Assembly (NCBI GenBank): GCA_964016885.1
Contig: OZ024754.1
Span: 16,988,001 to 17,052,000 of the forward strand
Direction of reading: 5' to 3'
Source: Eledone cirrhosa
Lineage: Eukaryota
Length of the DNA: 64,000 nucleotides
This document shows positions 49,487 to 61,953 of the stretch, in pieces. Position numbers and translations under genes: made by a program. The notes under the pieces were generated by a model that was given only the letters and a program-made list of their open reading frames with translations, did no database searches and was not told where the DNA came from. Positions within the stretch are counted from its first letter, which is position 1. Each line of letters opens with the position of its first letter.

Positions 49487-50822
49487 GGGTCTACCTTTTG
49501 TGGTAGGGTTTATACTATAGTTAGAACTCAATGTAATCTGTTAGCAAGTAATTCAGTGAGATCCAGAGGTAGGTTCCGTGTTTTGCTGAGTCAATCCTTT
49601 AGATACAGAGTCTGATATATTATTAACTTGCCTTCATTATTATTATCATTGTTAAACTAATATCTTATATTTATATATGTATATATATATATGTATTGAA
49701 GTTTCCGTTGAAAACTGAAAAAGTCATAGGAGTGAAGAGTGCTCTATGTAAGTACCAGAGCAAAATGTATGCGGGTGAATGTACGTGAATGTGTATGTAT
49801 GTGTGTATATATGTATATGTATGTATGGGTGTGTATGTGTATATATATATATATATATATAGTCGCGTACGTACGTGTGATTAGATATACATGGGGCGAT
49901 ATATATATATATACGTGCCTCGTGTGTATGTATGTACGCATGCATGCGCTTTTGTCTGTACGTATTTGTGTGTATAAATATTTTTTTATATATATATGTG
50001 TATGTACGTGCGTACCTATGTTTGTTTTCTTTTCTCTAGTGTTAATTGATTACTTTCTCTTTCATTTAAACATTTTTTTCATTCTCATATACTGTTTCAT
50101 TTTTATACATATATCGAGAATGACACTTCTTTTTACTATTACACTCCCTTCCCTCTTTATCATCCGCATATAAGTGACCGTGCGCGCGTGTGTGTGTATT
50201 TATACGCGTGCTTTCATACTCGTATGTGTATTTAATACCTGTATCTGGATGCGTGTCAACTATATTATCATTTTCTTTTTTAACTCATATTATATCCGTA
50301 TTTGTGGTCACATATACACAAATATACTTGCCCTCATATATGTACTTACGCACACATTTTCACCATACACATGCATTTGTACATACACACATATGTACAT
50401 TTGTGAGTGTATACACATACCTAACTATATTTTCTTATATTTTTTATATATTTTTTTATATTTTTTAATATATCTCTTGCATTACTTTTATTTATATATT
50501 TTTGCATTTCTTGAGGAGACTTTCCAAATATTTCACAATTGTCCGACAAACGAATGAGGACGTTTTTTTCGTATTCGTCTTATTCGGGAAACCTCTGGTA
50601 ATGAGGTAATTATATTGTATTGTTTATTATACATTAAATTATGTATATATATGTATGTATATATATATATATATGTATGTATATATATATACTCTATTAT
50701 TACTCTAAGGACCTAGCTTGTCGAGTGCTTTGCTAACTCATTCATATAGTAGGTCGAATTTGCTTGCACACTGCCAAAGATTCGATTTTACTAAGCCTCC
50801 AATTATATATATATATATATAT

Positions 50823-51411
50823 ATCATCACCATCATCATCATTATCGTTTAATGTCCATCTTCCTCGCTAGCATGGGTTGGACAGTTTTGTTACACTTGA
50901 GGCGAGATTGGTTGGGAGACCGTGTCTCGTTCGTGTAGAACTGTCCCTGGCAGGTTTTCTATGGCTGGATGCTCTTCCTAACACCAACCACATTTACAGT
51001 GTGGACTGGGAGCCTTTTTACTGTGTCTACTACACGACCACTTTACAGTGTGGACTGGGTGCTTTTTATCGTGTCACTGACACGCACTTTACAGTGGACA
51101 GATATGGGAGGATGGAGTAGTGTGTGTGACATGGGGTGTATATTGGGTTAAAAGGTGCCTCCTGACTGTAGTTTTAAGTTTGTATGTCTTAGAGAGGTGT
51201 AAGTGAGCAAGGTCAGTTTTTATCACCTCGTCCCAGGTTTTTCTTGGTCTACCCACTCCGTAGCTTCCATTAATTTTGATTGCTCAGCTCTTGTCCTTCA
51301 TACGCATCACATGTCCATACCAATGCAATCTCCTTTCTAGAACACAACATTTGATACCTCTTATCTTTGTCTCTTTCTCAATTCGTTTGTTTTGCCGTTC
51401 GCATATATCAC

Positions 51412-51417
<6 letters not shown>
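50823..51417 (-). mobile_element. Degenerate RTE LINE 3' fragment
   Basis: catacgcatcacatgtccatacca (reverse of WYGHVMRM), plus the shared 3' UTR motif and (GAT)n tail. Confidence 0.85.
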
Positions 51418-51457
<40 letters not shown>

Positions 51458-51567
51458 TCATGTGCATTAAGTCATTCTCTTCTGATTTCTTATTTTTTAT
51501 AAATCTTATAATAAACAAAAAAATAACTCTTCCTAGCAGGGAAAGTGGATGTTAAACAACAACAATG

Positions 51568-51915
51568 AAGGTGGTTGTGACTGTAGTGGTAATGTTATTG
51601 GTGGTGGTGGTGTTGTTAGTGGTGGTGGTTGTGGTGGCAGTGGCAAGTGTTGCTATGGTGATGATGGTGTTAGTGGTGGTGGTGGTGATGGTGGTTGTAG
51701 TGGCAGTGGCAGGTGTTGCTATGGTGATGATGGTGTTGGTTGTGGTGGCATTGTTGGTGGTGATGGGGGTGATGGTGGTGGTTGTAGTGGTGTAGGTGGC
51801 AGTAATTGTGGTGATGGTGGTGGTTGTTGTAGTGTTGTAGGTGGTGGTATTGGTGGTGTAGATGGTGGTATTGCTGGTGTAGGTGGTGGTGATTGTGGTG
51901 ACAGCAGTGATGGCA
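51568..51915. repeat. Degenerate (GGT)n trinucleotide low-complexity tract
   Basis: ggt, gat and gtt triplets. It is the source of the poly-G/V/H/P ORFs. Confidence 0.9.
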
Positions 51916-53324
51916 GTCTATACAAATCTTCCATAAATAAAATTGCAATAAAATTAAGTGGAATCCAGTTTGGGTATGGAATAAATTGGGTTCTCTAAAT
52001 CTGATTCAATAAAGTCCCTTGTGAAATGTTTCGGGCAAATCTATGAATGCCTTTATCATAGAACCTAGTTGTCTAATGCCATTTAGAATGTTATATTTTT
52101 ATATCTTTTACATCTGCAATACTGTTCTTGTTTACTTATTTTGGATAGAATGTTACATAGACAGGCTTTTTTCTTTGTCTTTATAGATTCATTTTTTTGT
52201 TTACATAGATCATTTGTTTCACACACACACACACATTGTAGGCTGTACATTTTTATCACCAGCCAGTTGTGTATATATTACTATTACTAGTGAAGAAATA
52301 TCTTTCCATGTGATATAATCTTCTTTGTATATACTGTTTGTTGGATTGAACAAAATTATAATAGTTATTCATCTTTTGAGGACATAACTGGGAGTTGTAC
52401 TCTCTAATCTCCAGTGCTTTTTAAACATTTTTTATTTTTTATTTTTTCGCCTTTTAGTTTTTCTTTGGCATCAAAGAATAATGTGTTCTCCATTTCAAGA
52501 ATATATGATAATTCACAATAACGCACACTAGCTTTACTTTTTTTATTGCTAGGGCCTCAATTCCTTCATAGACTAAAACTATATAGTCTTGAAAATGAAT
52601 AGGTTATTTCTAGTGTTTGCTTGCAAATCTCTCTCTCTCAGATTTTGTTTCGATATAATAGCTACTGGTCAATTTATTGTTACACATCCCGGTTGCCTGA
52701 TTGTTAGTTTTAAAGTGATAGAACCAATATATTCTCCATATTTCTACCTCTTTCAACCTTTAAAAATCTCCAGTATTCCCTTAATAATCAGGTTTGATTT
52801 ACAACAACCACAGATGCTGATTATAATTTTCAACACTGCACCAGCTTTCATAGATTGTTGATATCTCCCACCCCAACACTCCCACAGCCTCCCACCCTCA
52901 CCCTCTCATTCCATCACACTTTCCCACTCTCCCACTCCACACCCTCCCACTCTCCTCATCTTCCAGTCTAACACCTCAGCATTTATTGGTAACACTTTTC
53001 TTTTTTCTTTGAAAAAAAATCTTTTAAAACCAAAATCAAAATATACATAAAGTTACTTTTTGAAGATTTAAAAAGAAGAAAGAATGAAGTTAAAGGGTGC
53101 CATTTAATTTGTTACTAAAAGGGAGAGGGGGGCTATATTTTAACTTGTTGATGGATTAAGTATCTTATACATTTTGGGTTTTTTCTTTTCATTTTCATCA
53201 ATATTTTATTTTATTGAAATGTTATTGTATATTAAATGATAGTTTTGTTCCACACACACACTCTCTCTAATCACTTTATCTACCTCATCTCTATTAAAGC
53301 TATCTGTCTATCTCCATTTCTATC

Positions 53325-53327
<3 letters not shown>

Positions 53328-53417
<90 letters not shown>
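53328..53417. repeat. (CT)n microsatellite
   Basis: Pure dinucleotide run of about 90 bp. Confidence 0.97.
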
Positions 53418-53422
<5 letters not shown>

Positions 53423-54053
53423 TATCTGTCTACCTCCTTATCTGTTTTTCTACATTCTTATCTATCTATCTATCATATCTCCATTTCTAGCTTGTCTATC
53501 TCTCTACCTATCATACCTATTTTATTTTAATCTAAATAATATTAAGAATAAATTCTTTGAAAAGACTGATTTGAAATTTAAAGAAAATCTGACAACCCAC
53601 CTGCAGAACTCAAATTCTGTATTTATTGTTTGCTCCAAAGCTGTGTAGTTACTGATCACAAAATTCAGTATAAATGTATATCTGTTCCTAACTAAGTTAG
53701 CAATTTGTCAGTCACACAGTTCTGCCCAGTCAGGCTTCTTATATTCAAGTCTAACAAAGCCAATATGTCATATGTTGATTGAGTATATCAGCAGGGAGAA
53801 ACTAGCAAAGAGAAAACCTGCCTGTTTTAGAAACTGGCAAATTACTTGTGAATCAGAGATGCTGTGATCATTGAAAGTTCAGTATAAGGTAGATAGGCAT
53901 TTATGTGTGATATGAAAGAGAAAGAGAGACAATTGATGACATAGTTGCCTGGTAAGCCATTACATGTCATTTGAATCTTATCAGCAGATGTCTATTTTTT
54001 TCTCCTTGAATTTGTGTTTACAGAGCTATGACAGTTTACTGCAGTGTGTGTGT

Positions 54054-55264
54054 ATCATCATCATCAACGTTTAACGTCCGTGTTCCATGCTTGCATGGGT
54101 TTGGACGGGGGTTTTTCCACTTGAGGCAAGAGTGATTGTCTTGCTCGCATAGGACTGTCTGGCGGGTTATCTACAGCTGGATGCCCTTCCTAACACCAAC
54201 CACATTTACAGTGTGGGGCTGGGAGGTTTTTACCGTGTTGCCTACACGGCCACATTACAGCGTGGACTGTGTGTTTTTTTGTCGTGACACCTACACGATC
54301 TCATTTGTTTCGGCCTGGATGTTGTGGCACCAACATAACTTTACATTGAAAGAGGCGGTGTGGATGGGGTGGGGGTGCTGGGACGGGGGTGTATTTTGTT
54401 AGAGATGCCTACTGACTGTAGGTTTTACTTTGTATTTAGGTAAGGCGGGTCTTCTCTATTACTGAGTACCGCCAAAGGTCTCGGTCCAGTGACATTGTCT
54501 TGGAGAGGTGTAAGTGTGTGAGGTCGGAATTTATCAGCTCGTCCCAGGTTTTTCTGGGTCTGCCTACTCCGTGGCTACCGTCTATCTTTATTGCCCTGCA
54601 CTTTGTTATACAGCTGTCGTCTTTCATGCGCATCACGTGACCATACCAACGTAGCCTTCTCTCGAGTAAACAACATCTGATCCCTCTTATTTCTAATTTT
54701 TTCCTTAGTTCGCTTATGCTTTGCCGTTCACGTATGTTACTATTACACATCCAGCGGAGCATGCAAGCTTCGTTCCTCTCTAGTCTGTGTATATCCTCTG
54801 CACACAATGCCCAGGTCTCACTGCCATGCAACATTGCTGTTCGTATGCAGGCATCATACAACCTGCCTTTCATTTTTAGGGAGAACCCTTTAGTGGCTAA
54901 TAGTGGTATAAGCTCTCTGAACTTTTTTCATCCAGTTCTGACTCTAGCTACTGTACTTTCAGAGCACCCTCCCCCACTGCTGATTTTGTCACCCAGGTAA
55001 CGGAAGCTGTCCACTATTTCTATAGAACTCTCTGCGCAATTGAAAGAGCTAGTATTTTGTGGGCACTTGCTGCTACTTATTGCACCAGAGCACCAGCTAC
55101 ATGTAAAATCTATGTTCTTAGTTAGCTTACCTGTGATCCCACTACATCTTTTATGCACCCATACTTTACATTTGGGACATAAAATAGAGTTTCTACCTAC
55201 GCCTTTCCTACACACTGAGCATGGCCATTTCCCGGAAGGGACCGTCGCCTTATTTTCTTTCCTA
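54054..55264 (-). mobile_element. RTE LINE subfamily B 3' portion
   Basis: ORFs 54928-55215 and 54436-54873 are near-identical to the C-terminal part of 13296-14630, with 3' UTR and (GAT)n tail. Confidence 0.94.
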
Positions 55265-55602
55265 CAGTGATATCAGGTCCATTATCTTCTTGGGGATTCC
55301 ATAAGCCTGTAAGATCTTCATCAGGCAGTGACAGGCCACAGAATCAAACGCCTTCCTAAAGTTAATGAAAACCATGACAGCAGGAAGGCTATTTGATCTA
55401 GCTCCCTCTAATATCCTCCTCAGCATCAGGATGTGACTGGTGGTTGATCTTCCATCTCTGAAGCTGAGACCGAGGTTGACATATATTGATGCCCTGAAGA
55501 CAGACACTGGTCTCGAGGAGATGCAGGACATGGTGACAATGTTGAAGGACAGAGACTGCTGGAGAGGACTCGTCCATGGATCTCAGGAATTTTACCTGCC
55601 CT
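55262..55602 (+). mobile_element. Second-lineage RTE-like LINE: 3' end (55466-55602, +) preceded by an inverted RT fragment (55262-55465, -)
   Basis: The minus part reads [20 protein letters not shown]...FINFRKAFDSV...LQAYGIP. The plus part reads [15 protein letters not shown]...DRDCWR, matches 10445-10578 and ends in (TA)n. Confidence 0.8.
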
Positions 55603-55677
55603 ATATATATATATAAATATGTATATATAAATAAATATGTATATATGTGTGTGTGTATATATAAATAAATATGTATA

Positions 55678-55763
<86 letters not shown>

Positions 55764-56589
55764 GAAGTTGGACGTTGTTTGTTTGTTTGTTTGGTGACCC
55801 GAACTTGCAGGCTACACCATTCATCCAATTTTCATGAAACTTGACACATATATAAAACTCGACCCGTAGATTGGAATAGCCTACTTGAAATTTTCGAAAA
55901 ATCGATAATCGGGCCTCCAAAAGCCAAAAATCGATATTTTCAAAGATCGTCTGATTTCGATGAAACTCGACGCAAGTGTGTATTTTGAACCGGGGATGAA
56001 CGTGGGCTAATTGGATCACCAGAGGCAAAAATCGATATTTTCAGAATTCGTCCGATTTCAATGAAATTTGATATTACCATAATAATAGATCCATTAGGAG
56101 TTACTCCAAGGCTGCAAACATTCAGAAAGTTTTTTTAAACTCATAAATCATGCGTTAAATGAGACCTTTAAGAGTTAGGGCAAACAATTATTCATAGTTT
56201 AATTATCAATGGCGCATGATCTTCTACTCTGGGGCCAATTCTCCATGCAGAGCCTTAAAGCATCCCTTCGCGCATGCCGTTATCTATCAGCTTCATTGAG
56301 CATCACCATCCGGCAACCGAAAAACGCCATTCTTCTTGCTTCCATTTGTCGCGACTCCCGCCATGCAAAAAACGTTCAATCTATCAAGATTATCCACCGT
56401 AAGTCTCTTTAAATTAACACTCACCATATTCAGCAAACCTTTTATGCCGATTCTTCCATTTCTTATATAAGGACCATCAAGACTATACCGCCACGCATCA
56501 TCCTGTATTGCGCCCAGTCTTCTCAAGCGATCATTGAGCCTCCATGCGCTCTCTTCATTCCCGTGGTCCCACTACCGTAGCATAGTGAG

Positions 56590-57545
56590 GCATCCATCAA
56601 CCCCTGCCCTCTCCCTTCCCTGCACGCCATCAACCCACTGCATCGTTGTGCATCACCATGCTTATCTCTGCCCTGTCAGTCACAATTCATTCCCCGGCCC
56701 TTTCCATTGCCTGCCCTCTGTGGTCCCTAAGGACTGCCACCGTCCACCCCTGCCCATTTCCATTGCCTACACTCCGTGAGAGCTCAAGACTTCCATGCCT
56801 GACCAAGCCGCATCCCTGCCACCGTCAACCCCTGCTCTCTCCCTTCCCTGCACGCCGTCGTCCCACTGCATCGTCATGCCTCACCATGCCGCATTACTGC
56901 CCTGTCGGCCACCATCCCCTCCTCAGCCCTTTCTTTTGCCTGCCCACCGTATTCCTGCCTTGCACCTGGTTTTCTCAAACAATCATCGTGCCTCCCGGTG
57001 CTCTCTACATTCCCGAGGTGCAACTCAATTGGCATGCCGCATCCACGCCCTGTCAGCCGCCATGCACCCTGCTCTTTCGTCATGCCTCATCATGTTGTAT
57101 CCCTGCCCTGTCAGCCGCCATCCACTTCCCGACCATTTCCACTGCCTAGGCATGGCAGTCTTGAGGGACCAAGTCGCATCCCTGTCACCGTCAACCCCTG
57201 CCCTCTCCATTCCCTGCACGCTGTCGTCCCACTGCATCGTCATGCATCACCATGCCACATCAATGCTCTGTCAGCCACCATCCCCTCCTCAGCTCTTTCT
57301 TTTACCTGCTCGCAGTGCTCCTTCAAGACTGCTATGGCTCACCATGCGGCATCCTTGCCACCGTCCACCCCTGCCCTCTTCCTTGCCTGCTGGCCGTCGT
57401 CCCACTGCATCGTCATGCCTCAGGATGCCGCATCCATGCGTTGTCAACCACCATCCCCTCCTTGGCCCTTTCTTTTGCCTGACCGCCGTGTTCCTTCAAG
57501 ACTCCCATGGCTATCTATGCCGCATCAATTCCTTGCCACCTGCTT
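56590..57545 (+). repeat. C-rich degenerate tandem array inside the Helitron
   Basis: Recurring ccaccgtcaacccctgccctctcccttccctgcacgccgtcgtcccactgcatcgtcatgc and ccctgtcagccaccatcccctc units at about 56590, 56820, 57185 and 57360. Confidence 0.8.
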
Positions 57546-57729
57546 AAACGCCATCATCATGGCTTATTGTTGCCCTATTTGACCATCGATTTTTGCAGGC
57601 TAAACACAATACCAACGTGTACAATAGTTCATGGTAAATCTTTTTAATTACATGTTCATCATGCTAAGCAGAAGGATGAATAGCAACTCTTTCATTTCTC
57701 CTGACATGCCTTTCTGTCAATTATGGCCA

Positions 57730-60700
57730 AGAAGCCTACCACTTCATGGTCTGCGACAACTGCTTTAACCACCTTCATCGTTCACAACAACTATTCAACC
57801 AATTTGCTGTAGACATGGCTGCGAAAATGAAAACTGAACGACTGTGCTTCATAAGATTAACCAGACAAAACTACACTGCGACGATTACATTCACCTATGT
57901 GATGGAATGAACAATAATGAAAACCCAGATAACATTGGAAAAGGTTGCATTTTACCTTCAACCTTCGAAGGAAGTCCCTGTTGTGTGCATTCAAGAACCC
58001 AGGACGCCATGACGTATGTGCTCGAGTACGGCAAACCAGACCTATTTATTACTTTTACATGCAATCCTTCGTGGCAAGAAATTGCCCATGAACTCCTTCC
58101 GGGACAACAGCCCAGCGGTCGCCATGACCTCTCATCCAGAGTCTTCGAGCTAAAAGTATACAAACTAATGGACCTTATCAGAAAGGGCCAGGTATTTGGA
58201 CGTGTGCAATGTTACATGTACACAATTGAATGGCAGAAATGGGGACTCCCCCATGCTCACATTCTTATTTGGTTGTTGACAAAAATCAGAGCAGACGACA
58301 TCGACAAGATTATATCCGCAGAGCTTCCAAACCTGCAAACTGACAAAACCCTATTTGACAGGGTTACGGCGCACATGGTTCACGGTCCTTGTGGACGTGG
58401 CTTCAAATCTAACTCCCTGTGTTTGAACAACGGTATTTGCTCCAAAATATACCCAAAAGCCTTCCTTCGCGAAACTCAAACTGCTGATGACAAATACCCA
58501 TCATACAGATGAAGAAGCCCTGAGGACGGAGGATTAACAGCACTGGTTGGAAAACATGAAATTGACAACCGATGGATTGTACCGTACTGCCCATTACTAC
58601 TCAAGGCGTTCAACTTCCGCATAAATGTTGAATGGTGCAACTCTATTAAATCAATCAAATATGTCTGCAAGTATATAGATAAGGGCCCGGATGCCGCCAT
58701 GTTCGGGCTTAAAGAAGAAAACAAACGGGATGAAGTTGCACAGTACCAATCAGCACGATATATAAGTACCAGCGAAGCCTTTTGGCGAATTTACCGCTTC
58801 TCAATGCACAGAAGATACCCTGCCGTCCAACACCTTGCTGGGCACCTGGAAAACGGCCAAAGAGTGTACTATACAAAACAAACAGCTTTTCTGAGGGCTC
58901 TGCAACCAAGGAACACAACTCTTACTGCATTCTTTCAACTATGTCAAGCCGACGCATTCGCTCGCACTTTACTGTATCCCCAAGTCCCCAATGGGAAAAG
59001 TATTCATGGAAGCCAAGAATCAAAGGTGAAAGCGTTGATGGTCATCCAGATTTTAACTTTGACAGCTGCCTGGCGCGAGTTTACACAGTGCCCCCATCTA
59101 CCAAGAATGTTACTACCTGCATATGCTTCTCCATGACGTAAGAGGACCAACCAGTTTTCAACACCTAAGAACTGTTGATGGCCAAATTTGCGACACGTAC
59201 AGAGAGGCCTGCCTCAGGCGTGGACTACTGGAAGATGGTGCTCAGTGGGATGCCACTTTGGCAGAAACAGTTGTTTCACAAATGTCACACAGCCTGAGGA
59301 AGCTTTTTGCTGTCTTACTGTACATTTGTGAATTGCCCGATTCTTCCTTCTTGAGGATCAAGTACAGAGATGACCTCTCTGAGGACTTCAGATATCAAGC
59401 ACAATTACAACTTCCTGACATGGAAGTAGGCTTCACAGATGAAATCTACAACAAAGCACTTATTGAAATTGAAAATATGATTGCTGCAATGGGTGGGAAT
59501 GCACTGCAGTAATATGGCCTGCCCCAAACCAACAGAACAGGCTCCAACGTCATTTCCGCAGAAATACTTCGGCAACTATCCTATGACACTGACAGCTTGA
59601 CTACATATGTCACTGAATATGAACCAATGCTGCTGTAGGAACAGGAACGAGTATATAACACTATTGCTGACTGTGTCCACCGTCGTACGGGAGGAATCTT
59701 TTTATTGGACGCCCCTGGAGGCACAGGGAAGACTTTTGTCATACGGCTTCTCCTTGCCAAGGTTCGACAACACAGACACATAGCACTTGCTCTGCGTCTT
59801 CTGGTATTGCAGCAACCTTGCTTCCTGGGAGCAGGACAGCACATTCAGTCTTCAAACTCCACCTCAATATGACGGCAAATGACACACCCTGCTGTAATAT
59901 TACCAAAGGATCAGAAAAGGCAGAACTGCTTAAAAGGTGTGAACTTATAGTTTGGGACGAATGAACCATGGCTCATAAAGCAGCTTTGGAAGCATTGGAC
60001 TGAACTTTAAGAGACATAAAAGACTCCCAGGATCCCATGGGAGGCTTGACTGTCCTTTTATCCGGAGATTCTAGACAAACTCTCCCTGTTATTCCCAAAG
60101 GAACAAGGGCTGATGCTATTCGAGCATGTTTAAAGTCATCTCTGCTTTGGCATTATGTCACAACATTAATGCTCTCTACGAACATGAGAGCTCGGATGAT
60201 TGGTGACCAAGTGTCATCAGATTTTGCTACCAACCTATTGACACTTGGGAATGGCAAAGTGCCACTTGATGAAGATGAAAAAATCTCCCTCGAACCGGTC
60301 TGCACTTTAGTCGACAGTGCTGACGACTTGACAGATGCAGTATTCCCTGAGTTGAGCACTAACTACCAAAATCCAAACTGGCTGTGTGAAAGGGCAATAC
60401 TGTCTCCGAAAAATGAGACTGTCGACAAAATCAATGGACAACTGCTTAAGTCTCTTCCTACAGCTTAGTCCATTGATACAGTCACAGACCCCATTAACTA
60501 CCCAATTGAGTTTCTTAACTCATTGAACCCCTCCGGGTTGCCATCTCATCGATTGGAACTTAAGCAAGGATGCCCAAATTATGCTTTTGAGGAATCTACA
60601 CCTACCAAAAATCTGCAACGGCACCCGCCTTACAGTAAATAAACTAACGCAAAACTTGATCGAGGCGACGATTCTCTCGGAGTGTAGAAAGGGGGAAAAT

Positions 60701-60973
60701 GTTTTTATCCCAAGGATTCCCCTTTGTCCGTCAACATCAGAGATCCCCTTTTCATTTAGGAGGCTCCAGTTTCTAGTTCATTGTAGTTTCGCTATGACGA
60801 TAAATAAGTCTCAGGGGCAAACATTGTCCGTCGCGGTAATAAACCAAGAAGAGCCATGCTTTTCGCACGGTCAGCTATACGTTGGATGTTCCAGAGAGGG
60901 AAGCAAAAGAAACCTTTATGCATTTGCTCCAAACGGTAAAACCACAAACATTGTGTACCAAGAAGTTCTGTAA
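57730..60973 (+). pseudogene. Helitron RepHel (HUH Rep endonuclease plus PIF1-family helicase), multiple stops and frameshifts
   Basis: Rep motifs GKPDLFITFTCNPSW, YTIEWQKWGLPHAHILIW (HUH) and IKYVCKYIDKGPD. Helicase motifs LLDAPGGTGKTF, IVWDE, GDSRQTLPV, FAMTINKSQGQTL and HGQLYVGCSR. Confidence 0.95.
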
Positions 60974-61371
60974 TCAACACAGCGCCACAAACCGTCTTCT
61001 AACAATCAAATACCTCGCTGCTTTCAATAATTACCAAATTGTAGACATACTGCCTTTTTGAAATTCATAACACCATACTTAGTATGACATTAGTACCTAC
61101 CTTTCTTCCTCTTTCTTTCTGTCTTTCTTCTTGTAGCCATTAACCCTGACTTTTCTTCTTCTTCCTTTTCTTCCTTCTCTTCCCCCTTCTTTCTGTCTTT
61201 CTTCTTGTGGCATGATATTAACGCTGACTTATCTTCCTCCCCCTTTTTGTTTGCCCATATTTGACCGGTAGTAGTTGTTAAGATACGGGTCCCTTAGAAT
61301 AAATTTTTTTCGCGACATTCCTGGCCTGATTGTAGTTTGACATTAATACCGACCTTTCTTCCTCTTTCGGA

Positions 61372-61953
61372 ATGAATATTCTAACGTCAAAAAAAGTGTG
61401 TATGTTTACAAGTATTATGGAAATTTGAAAATTAACGAAGAGAAAAAAAAAAAAATTAAGGTTTGTGTATTGAAGGATTTGAGAAAAATAATGTGAAGTT
61501 AAGGTTTGTATATTGAAGGAATTGATAATATGTGCGAAGAAAGAGTTAATATGTATTGAGAATGAGTTACATGATAGGGAGAAAAAAATAATCTGGCGTC
61601 AATGTTTACTCATTACCCTTACTCTATTTTCACCTTGTAAAATCCTTCGTAACATATACATTTGTTTTGACACCAGATTATTCATCCTTAATTCATTATT
61701 TTTTTCTCCCTATCATCTAACTTATTCTCAATACATATTAACTCTTTCTTCGCACATATTATCAATTCCTTCAATATACAAACCTTAACTTCACATTATT
61801 TTTCTCAATCCTTCAATACACAAACCTTAATTTTTTTTTTTTTTTTCTCTTCGTTAATTTTCAAATTTCCATAATACTTGTAAACATACACACTTTTTTT
61901 GACGTTAGAATATTCATCCGCAATTCATTACTCTATTCTCTCTATCATCAAAC
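61372..61953. repeat. Inverted repeat (arms about 61372-61592 and 61695-61917) homologous to the centre of the 39479-40700 palindrome
   Basis: atgaatattctaacgtcaaaaaaa..gaaaattaacgaagag..aaggaattgataatatgtgcg is shared with 39975-40138. Confidence 0.88.

Larger units (their letters stand above)
55750..61340 (+). mobile_element. Large Helitron (formerly autonomous), 3' terminus not visible
   Basis: Starts in (TA)n with ataaagtgaagttggacgttgtttgtttg, similar in style to the other Helitron 5' ends here, and contains an internal tandem array and a RepHel pseudogene. Boundaries are approximate. Confidence 0.8.

Noticed and set aside
50505-50615. Possible hammerhead (cTTGAGGA ... GAAAcctc..gaggTA) at the end of a TG-rich block 49740-50640
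   Set aside because: The core reads TTGAGGA and no convincing stem I forms. It may be a decayed pLTR but cannot be supported.
51549-51998. Gly-rich 149-aa ORF and poly-His/poly-Pro antisense ORFs
   Set aside because: Degenerate (GGT)n tract that begins in an RTE-type tail, with no splice or domain support.
53560-53960. Unique-looking sequence ending in a good donor (cctg|gtaag), a possible alternative TRPM first exon
   Set aside because: No TRPM-like translation, an in-frame stop after the nearby ATG, and a donor motif alone is insufficient.
56534-57582. Pro/Ser/Cys/His-rich ORFs of 167-250 aa
   Set aside because: They arise from a C-rich tandem array inside the Helitron and are open in several frames.
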